Below the pieces are notes generated by a model. That model was given only the letters and a program-made list of their open reading frames with translations. It made no database searches and was not told the DNA's origin. The translations under genes and the position numbers were made by a program. A stretch of 64,000 nucleotides of DNA from Dehalococcoidia bacterium (GTDB lineage: Bacteria; Chloroflexota; Dehalococcoidia; UBA6926). Below are positions 18,661 through 28,707 of the stretch, piece by piece (position 1 is the stretch's first letter; each line of letters starts with the position of its first letter). Location: positions 96,001 through 160,000 of the forward strand of contig CAXXET010000006.1 in assembly GCA_963666115.2 (NCBI GenBank), read 5' to 3'.

Positions 18661-19275
18661 CTACCCGAGTATCTCCGCGATTCTCTCATCGAGAACCGCG
18701 CCGGTCACCACGCCCGCCCACCGCGTATGCACCGTCCCGTCCCGCTCGATGAAGAACGTGATCGGCAAGCCGCCCACGCCGTAATCGATGGTCGCCTCCC
18801 CGTCCGGATCGGTCACCATCACGTAGCCGTCATCCACGGGAACATTGAACTCCTCGATGAACGCCAGCGCGTCCTCATTCGTGTCCTGGATCGCCACGCC
18901 AATGAACCGGACGCCCTCGCCCGTGTAACGCTCGTGCGCCTCCACCAGGTGCGGCATTTCTGTGCGGCACGGCACGCACCAGGATGCCCAAAAATTCACA
19001 ACCAACGGCGACCCCTCAAAATCGGACAGGCTAACGTCTCCCGCCCCGTTCAACTGCGAGAGCGTGAACGAAGGCGCCGCGATGCTCGTGCGCGTCGTGG
19101 TATCCATCGGCATCGATTCCCGCGTCATCAGGCTGTACGCCAACAGCCCGACAAACGCCGCCATCACGACAACCGCCACCGAAACAACAACAACCCCCGG
19201 CCGCCGCTGCTCCGCAGCGCCGACCCCGGGAACCGTATCCGAACCGTCCGCTCTCTCGCCAGCGTCCTCAACCAT
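18661..19275 (-). CDS. TlpA/ResA-family membrane thiol-disulfide oxidoreductase
   Basis: TM helix, VVNFWASWCVPCRTE and YGVGGLPITFFI. Confidence 0.9.
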   Translation of the reverse strand: MVEDAGERADGSDTVPGVGAAEQRRPGVVVVSVAVVVMAAFVGLLAYSLMTRESMPMDTTTRTSIAAPSFTLSQLNGAGDVSLSDFEGSPLVVNFWASWCVPCRTEMPHLVEAHERYTGEGVRFIGVAIQDTNEDALAFIEEFNVPVDDGYVMVTDPDGEATIDYGVGGLPITFFIERDGTVHTRWAGVVTGAVLDERIAEILG

Positions 19276-19338
19276 AACCTAACCATCCCCGCGCTTCCCT
19301 GATTATACCCGTTGGCGGTCCAGCGCGAGCCGAGGAAT

Positions 19339-20259
19339 CTAAGGCCGCGTCCCGTTGAAGTGAATAAGATGGTCCACAGTTTCCGCTATCCAAACATCAG
19401 TCTCCCAGGCGATAGTGTCGAGATGCCGCCTGAACTGGCGGAAATCTGGGAAGGCGCTGATGTACGTCCTGCCTGCCGGGCAGTTCGCGAGCGTAGCCTC
19501 CAATTCCTCTAATCTCTTGGGGCTAACTGGGCCATGGGAAGTGACAGCCTCAATCAGGAATAATCGATTCCGTTCCTCATCGTAAAGAATGACGTCGGGA
19601 AGCTTGTCGTGCTCCGTAATCGGAATATCGAGCTGGTTCAGCTTTTCGTCGTCCACGTGTAAGAGCTTGTTTGAGGCGTCTCCCAAGTAGAGCAGGATTG
19701 CTCCGGGAGCAAAGCGCGGCGCGAATTCCGTTACGACTTGCGCCTGTAGTCTATTGTGTCTGCCGGGTGAAAGGTGAATCTCGGCCCCTGTCGAAGTGCG
19801 GACGGGTATCTCACGCATTCGACGCCTACGTTGATAGATTTCCAGTAGAGCGCCGTGGCTGGAGCGAAATGCGCGCAGCTTCGATGCCCACCCCCTGCGC
19901 CGATAGAGCCGAATCACCCCTAGCGCCTCGTCCGTGAGGCCGTAATGCGTTCTTGGACTGTTCGTGGGCAAGTCTGGCTCGTCGGGGTTCCGATCCACTA
20001 CCCGAGCTTGCTCCAATTGATGAATAACTTGACGCCGCACCGTTTCTCGTGTGTTCTCCGCGTAATCTCTCCCGTACGTATCCCTCATGAAGCCGAGCAT
20101 CTGATGGATTGTCAGGGACGGCTTGGTCGCCTGACCCCACGCATCACCTTCGGAGAGGTTGCAGAGCGCCAGCAGCGTTAGACAGGAGATGTCGTTCTGC
20201 TGCGCAGGCGGCAGCCCTAGCTGCTCGAGGATGTTCCGTGCTTCGTCGATCTTTGTCAT
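19339..20259 (-). CDS. BsuBI/PstI-family type II restriction endonuclease
   Basis: YAENTRETVRRQ, LSPGRHN.LQ and HDKLPDVILY...LFLIEAVTSHGPVSPKR. Confidence 0.92.
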   Translation of the reverse strand: MTKIDEARNILEQLGLPPAQQNDISCLTLLALCNLSEGDAWGQATKPSLTIHQMLGFMRDTYGRDYAENTRETVRRQVIHQLEQARVVDRNPDEPDLPTNSPRTHYGLTDEALGVIRLYRRRGWASKLRAFRSSHGALLEIYQRRRRMREIPVRTSTGAEIHLSPGRHNRLQAQVVTEFAPRFAPGAILLYLGDASNKLLHVDDEKLNQLDIPITEHDKLPDVILYDEERNRLFLIEAVTSHGPVSPKRLEELEATLANCPAGRTYISAFPDFRQFRRHLDTIAWETDVWIAETVDHLIHFNGTRP

Positions 20260-21902
20260 TTGGTGGAGGGCAACGGCCCAAAAAGAAGTTCGGAGGACAT
20301 CCCAAGTATCTCGCCGACAAGGGAATCTATCCTGGCGGGATTGGAATTGGAACCAGGTTGCATGCGTGCCTCAACGCCGATCGAGCGGATGTCCCGTTCG
20401 TCGGGTAGCGGCATGGCTCGCAATTCGGTAGCGCTAACCTGGGTGTTGCCGTTGGATATACGGAAGTAGCGGTCTAGCGGCGTTGAGTTGTAGAGCGCTG
20501 CAAGGCCGTAGGCCAACTCATCATCCAGTTCGCGGGAAACGCCGCGCACGTAATTCAAATGGTTTTCCAGCCCCACCATAGTGGTCCCCAAAGTGCCTTG
20601 AATCAAGGGGGATGCCACCAGTCGCCGCTCCTCCTCCTTCGCGCTAAATCGACGCAAGAGGACGTAAGTCGCATCTTTCACCAGCAGGCGCATGGATTGC
20701 GGCGCGGCCCTAATCCACTGTGGCTTTGTCGTTATCGTAGATGGCCAAACTGTTCGCATGGGGTGAACGTGCTGCATCCAGAGCAGCGGAACGACCGAAC
20801 CCTCAGACGCAGAGTTGGCCAGTAACTGTGTAGCCCTGAACGGCACCACTGGGCCGGTGGAGACGTCCAGTCCGAGAGAATGCAGTGTGTTGGGCCAGTC
20901 CCGAATGATCTGAGCCAGCATCAAGTCCTCTTCGCAACTGGGAATCAGCAGCTCGCTGTTCGGACTAGTGGGGTCCAGCACCTGCTTCACGCTTACGGTC
21001 AACTTTCTCCGGCTGGCAATGTCATGGTTTGCCTTGCTGTGTGAGACTACGACCTGATCGTCATCGACTCGTGACCCACGCGGTTCCTTACGGCTTGTCA
21101 GGACGACGCTCTCCTGCAGAACCGCCTGATTGTCGAATACATCTCTTCGTGACTCGAAGAGGTGTATAGCCGTAGGAGTCGTGAGCTCAAAGAACTTCTC
21201 ACGGAACCTCTTGAAGTAAGGGCCTGCCGCAAAGCTCCTTGGGACGATAAAGGTGAGTTGGCCGGACGGAGACAGCAGCTCCGCGGAAATCGCCATGAAG
21301 AGTGCGTAGATGTTTGGTTGCCCCTGCACCACGGCTGCGCTCGCGACGGCTCGCGGATCCCGTTTCCCTATCTTGAAGTATGGCGGGTTGGAGATGATCA
21401 GGTCATATTCGTCAAACTGCTTGTCCAGGCTCTGGCCAAGCTCCACGGGCCCGGTGATTCTACGAAGCGCCGCAGCCTGATCCAGCACAAAATCCTTGAG
21501 CCGAACGTCGTAAGTGAGTTCGACACCCCGTTCCGCAAGCCACGCCTTAGTGTAGTCGAGCGTCATGCTCGAAATCTCTGCCAGTGAGGGTTCTACTTCA
21601 TAGGCGTCAATATGGAGAGCCTTGACGGATTCATGAAGTGAGGACTGTTCGCATATCGCTGCCGACAGGATGCCGGTTCCGCTCCCTGGATCGAGGACAC
21701 GCAATCGCTCGTGCTCATAGGTAAGCGTTCCCGCCATGAACCTGGAGATCGTCGCCGGTGTGAGGTAGTGGCCCACGCTCTTGTGGTTCTCATCTTTCGG
21801 CCCGGCCTGTCCTAGGGACTGAGCAAAATCGACTGGAGATGCTTCGGGCGGCAGCGCGCCATCCCTCAACGCGTCAATCCTCTCAAGCGTACGAGTAGAC
21901 AT
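20256..21902 (-). CDS. N6-adenine DNA methyltransferase (BsuBI/PstI, Eco57I-like)
   Basis: VLDPGSGTG, ISNPPYFK, GLENHLNY and GNTQVSATELRAMPLP. Overlaps the endonuclease start. Confidence 0.92.
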   Translation of the reverse strand: MSTRTLERIDALRDGALPPEASPVDFAQSLGQAGPKDENHKSVGHYLTPATISRFMAGTLTYEHERLRVLDPGSGTGILSAAICEQSSLHESVKALHIDAYEVEPSLAEISSMTLDYTKAWLAERGVELTYDVRLKDFVLDQAAALRRITGPVELGQSLDKQFDEYDLIISNPPYFKIGKRDPRAVASAAVVQGQPNIYALFMAISAELLSPSGQLTFIVPRSFAAGPYFKRFREKFFELTTPTAIHLFESRRDVFDNQAVLQESVVLTSRKEPRGSRVDDDQVVVSHSKANHDIASRRKLTVSVKQVLDPTSPNSELLIPSCEEDLMLAQIIRDWPNTLHSLGLDVSTGPVVPFRATQLLANSASEGSVVPLLWMQHVHPMRTVWPSTITTKPQWIRAAPQSMRLLVKDATYVLLRRFSAKEEERRLVASPLIQGTLGTTMVGLENHLNYVRGVSRELDDELAYGLAALYNSTPLDRYFRISNGNTQVSATELRAMPLPDERDIRSIGVEARMQPGSNSNPARIDSLVGEILGMSSELLFGPLPSTK

Positions 21903-22127
21903 CCCCTGCTCGCCGTATACCCTTCAATTTAGAACAAGCGTTAAGTGATTGTATGGTGTTCTCTGGAGAACTGTCTAGGGCGTGAAAGAGCCTCGCCAAA
22001 CGTTCGCCCCCCCAATCCCTTTACCCCGCACCCGCGCAGTGCCACAATATGGCATCTATCTATCGGGATGGCGGGCGTCACGATGCCCGCGCCTGGTAGG
22101 GAACAACGGAGGGGGGGCCGTTACACC

Positions 22128-23345
22128 ATGTTTATGCCGCTTGAAGGTGTCCGCGTCATTGACCTGACGCATTACACTGCCGGGCCGTACGCCACGCGGA
22201 TACTCGGCGACTACGGAGCCGACGTCATCAAGATTGAACGACCGGGTGGAGGCGATCCCGCCCGCCGCATCGGGCCCTTCTACCACGATGAGCCTGACCT
22301 CGAAAAGAGCGGCCTGTTCCTCTTCCTCAACACCAACAAGCGCTCCGTCACCCTCGACTTCAAGACCGAGAAGGGCAAGCAGATCATCAAGGAGCTGGTC
22401 AAGGACGCCGACATCCTCATCGAAAACTTCCCTCCCGATGTCATGCCCAACGCCGGCCTGGGCTACGACGAACTCATCCGGCTCAACCCCACGCTCGTCA
22501 TGACCTCCATCAGCAACTTCGGCAAGACCGGCCCCTACAAGGACTGGGTCGGCCTTGATCTCACCCTGTTTGCCATGGGCGGCAACATGTGGGGCTCCGG
22601 CGATCCGGAGCTTGAGCCTCTCAAGACCGCCGGCCGCATGGCCAGTTTCCACGTCGGCTATGCCGCCGCCCTCGCCACCGCCCTCGGCCTCACCAACACC
22701 GAACTGCGAGGGCACGGGGAGAACATCGACGTCAGCTTCTTTGAAGTCACGCTCCAATCCATCGACGCCCGGATGCAGCGCCTGCTCGGCTACCAGTACA
22801 ACAACAGCGTCGCCATGCGCGTTTCCCCCGGCGCCAGCCTCGGACTCGGCAGCGGCGTCTACCCCTGCCTGGACGGCATGTTCATGACCACCGCCGGCGC
22901 CGCCCAGTTCCCCAATATGGCCCGCATGGTCGGCGCGGAGGACATCCTGACCCAGCCCGGCTGGGACACCGTCGCCGCCCGTTCTCGCCCGGAGGCCGCC
23001 GAAGAGTGGGAGGCGACTCTCATCCCCTGGATGCTGGAGCGCACCACCAAGGAAGTGCAGCGCGCCTGCATGGAGCACGGCGTGCTCGGCGGGCCACTCA
23101 ACACCATTGAGAACCTCATGAACGACGAGGACTTTGACGCGCGCGGCTTCTGGCAGACCATCGACCACCCCGCCACCGGCCCGCTCACCTATCCCGGCTT
23201 CAACTCCCGCATCCACTTCGACGACGGCGAGCGGCCCGCCCGTCGCCGTGCCCCGCTCCTCGGCGAGCACACCGCCGAGATTCTCAAGGAGATCGGCATC
23301 GAAGGCGAGGAAGTCTCCCTCCTCCGCTCAGAGCGCGTCATCTAA
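22128..23345 (+). CDS. Family III CoA-transferase (CaiB/BaiF)
   Basis: PLEGVRVIDLT..AGP, GADVIKIE, NTNKRSVTLD and APLLGEHT. Confidence 0.92.
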   Translation: MFMPLEGVRVIDLTHYTAGPYATRILGDYGADVIKIERPGGGDPARRIGPFYHDEPDLEKSGLFLFLNTNKRSVTLDFKTEKGKQIIKELVKDADILIENFPPDVMPNAGLGYDELIRLNPTLVMTSISNFGKTGPYKDWVGLDLTLFAMGGNMWGSGDPELEPLKTAGRMASFHVGYAAALATALGLTNTELRGHGENIDVSFFEVTLQSIDARMQRLLGYQYNNSVAMRVSPGASLGLGSGVYPCLDGMFMTTAGAAQFPNMARMVGAEDILTQPGWDTVAARSRPEAAEEWEATLIPWMLERTTKEVQRACMEHGVLGGPLNTIENLMNDEDFDARGFWQTIDHPATGPLTYPGFNSRIHFDDGERPARRRAPLLGEHTAEILKEIGIEGEEVSLLRSERVI

Positions 23346-23360
23346 CAAAGGAGTAGCGAA

Positions 23361-24707
23361 ATGACCACCACAGACCGCAGAGACATGACCGGCTCCCCCG
23401 TCCCCGGCACCGGCAAGCTCCCCCTCGAGGGACTGCGAATCCTCGACATCACCGTCGTCTGGGCCGGCCCCTACGGCACTATGCACCTTGCCGATTGGGG
23501 CGCGGAGGTCATCCGCATCGAGTCCGTCAAGCACTTCGCCACCAGCACGCGCGGCCAGATGGCCCGCCCCCCGCTGGAATTCGTCCAACTCCGCAACACG
23601 GGCATGGGCTATGTCGATGATGACCCCGGCGAGCGCCCCTGGAACCGCAACGCCATCTTCAACACCCACGCCCGCAACAAGCTCTCCGTCACCATGGACC
23701 TGACGACCCCGGAAGGGCAGGAAGCCCTTGAGCGGCTCGTCGCGCAGGCGGACGGTTTCCTGGAGAACAACGTCGCCATCTCGATGGAGCGTTTCGGCAT
23801 CACGTGGGAGCGCCTCTCCGCCATCAACCCGCGCCTCATCATGGTGAGGATGCCCGCCTTCGGCATCGAAGGCCCCTACAAGAACTACCGCACGTGGGGC
23901 AATCACATGGAGTCCCTCGCAGGGCATCCCTACCTGCGCGCCTATCCCGATGAAGACCCCTCCCGCGGCCCCAGCGGCGTTCCCAGCGACGCGGCAGGCG
24001 GCGTCGGCGGCGCGCTCGCCTTCATCATGGGCCTGCGCCACCGTAACAAGACCGGCAAGGGCATCCTCATTGAGGCGCCCACCGCCGAAAACTTCGTCCC
24101 GTTCCTCGGCGATTTCATCATGGACTACTCTATGAACGGCCGCGTCTACACCCAGCTCGGCAACGGCCACCTGTTCCTCGCACCGCACAACGTCTACCGC
24201 TGCGCCGGTGAAGAGCGATGGCTCACCATCGCCTGCCGCTCGGATGCCGAGTTCCGCACCCTCTGCCAGATCATGGGCGAGCCGAATCTTGCCGACGATC
24301 CCCGCTTCGCCGACTCCCTCAGCCGCTACCGGAATCGACGCGCGCTTGATGAGGTGATCTCCCGGTGGACGGCGGAGCAGGACGCCCGCGAGACCATGCA
24401 CCGCCTCCAGGCCGCCGGCGTCCCTGCCGGCATGGTCATGGATGAGAGCGACGTCCACCAGGATCCGCACGTTGCGCACCGGGAATTCTTTCAGGAGGTC
24501 ACCCACCCCGAGGCCGGCACGCACAAGAACCCGACAGTCGGCTTCAAACTCCGGAACACGCCCTACGAAATCCGCCGCCACGCCGTCCTCCTCGGCCAGG
24601 ACAACGAATACGTCTACAAACAGGTAATGGGCTACTCAGACGAGGAATACCAAAAATTCATCCAAATGGGCCACGTCGGCATGGACTACGACCCAGACGT
24701 ACAATAG
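23361..24707 (+). CDS. Family III CoA-transferase (CaiB/BaiF)
   Basis: PLEGLRILDIT.VWAGP, GAEVIRIES and APHNVYRCAGEERW. Confidence 0.92.
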   Translation: MTTTDRRDMTGSPVPGTGKLPLEGLRILDITVVWAGPYGTMHLADWGAEVIRIESVKHFATSTRGQMARPPLEFVQLRNTGMGYVDDDPGERPWNRNAIFNTHARNKLSVTMDLTTPEGQEALERLVAQADGFLENNVAISMERFGITWERLSAINPRLIMVRMPAFGIEGPYKNYRTWGNHMESLAGHPYLRAYPDEDPSRGPSGVPSDAAGGVGGALAFIMGLRHRNKTGKGILIEAPTAENFVPFLGDFIMDYSMNGRVYTQLGNGHLFLAPHNVYRCAGEERWLTIACRSDAEFRTLCQIMGEPNLADDPRFADSLSRYRNRRALDEVISRWTAEQDARETMHRLQAAGVPAGMVMDESDVHQDPHVAHREFFQEVTHPEAGTHKNPTVGFKLRNTPYEIRRHAVLLGQDNEYVYKQVMGYSDEEYQKFIQMGHVGMDYDPDVQ

Positions 24708-24715
24708 CCATCCGC

Positions 24716-24760
24716 GTCATTCCCACACCCACCCGTCATTCCCGCGAAAGCGGGAATCCA
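24716..24760 (+). repeat. Half copy plus full copy of repeat family A
   Basis: GTCATTCCC-ACACCCACCC-GTCATTCCCGCGAAAGCGGGAATCCA. Confidence 0.88.
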
Positions 24761-24888
24761 GAGGCGGGCCCAACAACAGCCACCCATGTGGCTGGTAAGG
24801 GGTGTCTAGATGATGCCGCGTTGCCGACGGTGACGGTGAAGCCAAATTTGCGTACAACCCTGTCAAACTCACGCGCCGTTATTGGCAT
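24736..24888 (-). pseudogene. Truncated HicA-like toxin ending in repeat A
   Basis: MPITAREFDRVVRKFGF resembles a HicA N-terminus and overlaps the end of the HicB-like ORF. It then degenerates and stops inside the repeat. Confidence 0.5.
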
Positions 24889-25198
24889 CGATCACGGCCA
24901 GCTTTCTGGTGACGGTATCGTAAATTCTCTGCAAATCCCTGCCCAGCCGGCCGCGGTATTCGTCAAGCTCAAAGTATGCCTCGGCGATTGACAATTGGAG
25001 GTCGCTTATGGCTGCGGCAGGCGTGTCGCCCTTCCCCCATTCCTCGATTTCAGGCGCCTCCGCGATGTACGTGCCGTCCACCACCTCCCACGTCACAGCA
25101 AAAGGCTCAATAACACGGAGCCGGCTGTCCAGCAGGCTGTCCACGGACGTGGGCAGGGCTGCCACCGCCTGTTGTGATTCCAATTGAGGAGAACTCAT
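24869..25198 (-). CDS. HicB-like protein
   Basis: YIAEAPEIEEWGKGDTPAAAISDLQ..I.E.Y.EL. Paralog of 28708..29028. TACAAT upstream. Confidence 0.65.
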   Translation of the reverse strand: MSSPQLESQQAVAALPTSVDSLLDSRLRVIEPFAVTWEVVDGTYIAEAPEIEEWGKGDTPAAAISDLQLSIAEAYFELDEYRGRLGRDLQRIYDTVTRKLAVIDANNGA

Positions 25199-25301
25199 AA
25201 CCCAGCCATTGTACACGACACCCCGCCAACATGCCCGTCTCCAGCATGAGTCATGGTAGCATGGGCTACAGCCTGGACGTGGCGCAGGAGAAGCCATAAG
25301 G

Positions 25302-25404
25302 CCCTCCCCTTCATGGGGGAGGACCGGGGTGGGGTTTAACCGCTCATCCTGAGCCTGTCGAAGGATATGAGCGGCACCGTCATTCCCGCGAAAGCGGGAA
25401 TCTA
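25302..25404 (+). repeat. Cluster of repeats D, C and A directly before the helicase
   Basis: CCCTCCCC..GGGGGGAGG..GGGGTGGGG, then CCGCTCATCCTGAGCCTGTCGAAGGA, then GTCATTCCCGCGAAAGCGGGAATCTA. Confidence 0.8.
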
Positions 25405-25414
25405 GGAGAAGATT

Positions 25415-28400
25415 ATGGCAGACGACCTTAGCGCAGGTATGTTGGTTGAATGGCAAGGCCGCCCCCACGCAGGCTATGGCGTCGTGACTGCCACAGGCAA
25501 TCGGCGTGTCACAGTAGCGTGGGACTCTGCCGATGAAGAGACGACGCAGTTCGCGCTTCATGACAATTCACTCCTCAGGGTGAACCTTCCGCAAGGTACT
25601 CAAGCGAGAAGGAGGTCAACAAATGAATTGGTCATCATCCAGAGTGACCTTGGCAGTGTGACGCCTGCGAAGGGTTGCTTGGTCATTTCTGGAGAGGGGA
25701 GTACTAGGGTCGAAAACATACCTGAAGCTGACCTTCGACCAAAGCCAGTGACTGAACCAGCTGAGAGGTTCAAGTCTGGCCAAGTTGGTGGAACAGACAA
25801 ATACTTGCTGAGACAAGTAGCCGATCTTTACCTGAATCTTCATCTCCATGATGATCTCGTATCGCTTGGTCAGTCGCAAGTCGACATCCAGCCGCATCAG
25901 GTTTCGGTTGTTCATAGGGCAACTCGCGAGTTCCCTCATCGTTTCCTACTCTGCGATGAGACCGGTCTGGGAAAGACAATTGAGGCTGGAATGATCATCA
26001 AGGAACTCAGGGCCAGAGGTGGTGCTCAGCGAGTGCTCATCATCTGTCCAGCAAACCTTGTGCGGCAATGGCAAGGGGAAATGCGCTCAAAATTCAATGA
26101 AGAATTCGCCGTGTTGAATCGGCAGACGGTCGATTATTTGCGAAGTGACCAAGCCTTTACCGGGAATCCGTTTGACAACCCAGACCACGATAGTGTCATC
26201 TGTTCGGCCAGCTGGATTACTCGCTCTCCTTGGAGAGAACTTTGTCTTGACGCGGAATGGGACCTTGTCATAGTAGACGAGGCACACCATGCCCGTCGTC
26301 ACGCTGACGGCGAGACCACTCAGCTTTATGACTTGGTGCAATCTCTCGTGGGCGGACAGAATACGAGGAATCGCTCAGCCTTGTTTCTGACCGCTACTCC
26401 TATGCAGATCCACCCATTGGAGCTATACGGCCTAGTGGAAATCTTAGACCCGACGCTATTTTTGTCCGAGGACGACTTCACGGAGCATCGATCGAGGATG
26501 CGCGGCCTCTCGCATTTGGTGGAGAGCCTGCTGGCAGGGGGCCAAGACTTGCCTTGGCAGGACGGTGAGGCACTACAAGCAATCTCTGAGTGGCTTGAGG
26601 AAACCCCTGAGGCGACAATGACGCGGATTTCTAGCGGGGATGATGGACTCAGGGAAACAGCAAGGCTGTTGACCTCTAGGCACCGCCTAAGCGAAGTGAT
26701 GTTCAGGAACCGCAAATCACGGATTGGCGGCTTCACCCCCCGAAGTGCAAATCGATGGGCTGTAACAATGACAGAGCCTGAGCGTGCAGCCCTGAGTTCT
26801 GTGGAAGACTACGTCACTTACGGGTATAGCGTTGCAGAGGAAAGACAGGACACGAGCATAGGGTTCCTGATGGTGAATTTCCAAAAGCTCACCGCTTCAA
26901 GCCACATGGCAATTCTTTCCTCCCTGCGGCGTCGTAGGGAACGCCTAGTCCTTGGGAACCTAAGGTCCTTCACGGCCTCAGAATTGGAAGACGTTGAAGA
27001 ACAGACTGAAGATGATGGTGATATTCCGGAAGCCATTATGGCGAGCGACGGGATTCTCTTTGCAGACCCTGGGAATCAGAACGAGACCGGACTCTTGGAC
27101 AAGGCCATCAAAGCCTTGGAAAGCCTTGGCGATAAAGATTCCAAGGCAGAGACATTCCTCCGACAGATGCGAGAGATCTTCCGGGAGAACCAGCAAGAAA
27201 AAGTGCTCGTCTTCACACAGTTTCGCGTCACTCAGAACCTCATTGCCAAGTTGTGCACTGAAAATGGTTGGGGAGTGAATGTCTTCCATGGCCAACTGAA
27301 CCCACTAGAAAAGGATGAGGCTATAAGCCAGTTCCGGCAGCAAGATGGACCCCAGGTGCTTGTCAGCACTGAAGCAGGCGGTGAAGGAAGAAACCTGCAG
27401 TTCTGCCATTGGCTCGTTAACTATGACCTTCCATGGAACCCCATGCGAGTTGAACAGCGGATTGGGCGAATCGACCGAATCGGGCAAACGAACGATGTCC
27501 TAATCGGAAACCTATTCGTCGAGGATAGCATCGAAGAACGGATTCTGGATGTCTTGGAAAACCGTATTCATGCGTTTGAGGAAACAGTTGGTGGCTTGGA
27601 CGAAATTCTGGGAGGTGCAGAGGCAGACATCCGCCGGATCATGGCGCTAGCGGCCGATAGGAGAGACCAGGCAACTACGGACTTTGCGGAGCAATTTGAG
27701 ACAAGAAAGCAGGCAGCGATTGAGGCCGGCGGCATGCTTGGTGACTTCATAATGGATACGAGGTCGTATCAGCGGGACATTGTTGAGCAAATCACTGGTT
27801 CAAGCTCAGCGGTTAGCGCTGATGACTTGGAGAATTTCCTTTTGCGCCTGATCGCGGACGTGGGCACTCACATACGGCGCAGGAGCCAGAGTACGTACGC
27901 GCTCACGTTTCAGGGCCAATTCCACGATAGGTTTGCTACGGCATTATTCCCACAGGGTTCTACGCTGAGCGCAGTGCTCGGCAACTCTGTAGCCCCGGCA
28001 GGTTCAGGCGCGACCATGCTGACATTTGGAAACAAGATAGTTGACACCATAGTTGCTTTGGTCACTGCCGACGACTACGAGGGAAACACGGGAACCAGAG
28101 TCATAAAGGGTGGAGATGACCTACAGCAGGCTGAAGGATGGCTGTTTCACTATCGGTTCAATGTGCCTGGCCCGCGGCCCCTCGAAGAACTATTGCCCGT
28201 TTTCGTTGACGATTCCGGAGAGGCCGACACACAGATTGGAAAGGCTCTAGTTGCTAGGGCCACCAGATTTGAAAATGAGCGGGCCTTAGATGGCGGACAA
28301 GATATCGGGACCCTCCATAGTGCAATGGCTGTCGCAGAAGAGCACGCCGGGCGTCATAGAGACGTCATTCAAGCTGACGCGCAGGCACGTGCACAAGAGA

Positions 28401-28687
28401 GATTCGACCTAGAGATAAGTCGAATCGACGCCGTCTATGAGTATCGAAAGCAAGTTCACGTGCGCAAGATTTCGGATCTTGAGCAGCGGGTTCAAGGCAT
28501 TGAATCCCTCACAGAAGAGCAACGGCGAATTTTGCCGGTCTGGCAGGCAAGGCTTCGTGGTGCTCAAAATGCGCAGTTGGCCGACGAGAGAGAGCGACAA
28601 GACCGACTTGAGGAGCTAAATCGATACCGTAACCCGCAAGTTAGCTGGAAGCTCACCGCAATTGGCAGAGTCCGTATCATGCCCTGA
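25415..28687 (+). CDS. SNF2/RapA-like superfamily 2 helicase (DrmD-like architecture), lower GC than the backbone
   Basis: LLCDETGLGKT, DEAHH, LTATP, STEAGGEGRNLQ, NYDLPWNP..EQRIGRIDRIGQ, and a C-terminal coiled coil. Confidence 0.88.
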   Translation: MADDLSAGMLVEWQGRPHAGYGVVTATGNRRVTVAWDSADEETTQFALHDNSLLRVNLPQGTQARRRSTNELVIIQSDLGSVTPAKGCLVISGEGSTRVENIPEADLRPKPVTEPAERFKSGQVGGTDKYLLRQVADLYLNLHLHDDLVSLGQSQVDIQPHQVSVVHRATREFPHRFLLCDETGLGKTIEAGMIIKELRARGGAQRVLIICPANLVRQWQGEMRSKFNEEFAVLNRQTVDYLRSDQAFTGNPFDNPDHDSVICSASWITRSPWRELCLDAEWDLVIVDEAHHARRHADGETTQLYDLVQSLVGGQNTRNRSALFLTATPMQIHPLELYGLVEILDPTLFLSEDDFTEHRSRMRGLSHLVESLLAGGQDLPWQDGEALQAISEWLEETPEATMTRISSGDDGLRETARLLTSRHRLSEVMFRNRKSRIGGFTPRSANRWAVTMTEPERAALSSVEDYVTYGYSVAEERQDTSIGFLMVNFQKLTASSHMAILSSLRRRRERLVLGNLRSFTASELEDVEEQTEDDGDIPEAIMASDGILFADPGNQNETGLLDKAIKALESLGDKDSKAETFLRQMREIFRENQQEKVLVFTQFRVTQNLIAKLCTENGWGVNVFHGQLNPLEKDEAISQFRQQDGPQVLVSTEAGGEGRNLQFCHWLVNYDLPWNPMRVEQRIGRIDRIGQTNDVLIGNLFVEDSIEERILDVLENRIHAFEETVGGLDEILGGAEADIRRIMALAADRRDQATTDFAEQFETRKQAAIEAGGMLGDFIMDTRSYQRDIVEQITGSSSAVSADDLENFLLRLIADVGTHIRRRSQSTYALTFQGQFHDRFATALFPQGSTLSAVLGNSVAPAGSGATMLTFGNKIVDTIVALVTADDYEGNTGTRVIKGGDDLQQAEGWLFHYRFNVPGPRPLEELLPVFVDDSGEADTQIGKALVARATRFENERALDGGQDIGTLHSAMAVAEEHAGRHRDVIQADAQARAQERFDLEISRIDAVYEYRKQVHVRKISDLEQRVQGIESLTEEQRRILPVWQARLRGAQNAQLADERERQDRLEELNRYRNPQVSWKLTAIGRVRIMP

Positions 28688-28707
28688 CTGTCACTCCCAC
28701 CGCTTAG

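Noticed and set aside
19304-21922. TATACCC on both sides of the R-M pair as a target-site duplication
   Set aside because: It is only 7 bp, and both copies read as -10 boxes of - strand genes.
25404-25417. AGGAGAAGATTATG identical to 42255-42268
   Set aside because: Most of the match is SD plus ATG, and nothing else is shared, so it is likely chance.
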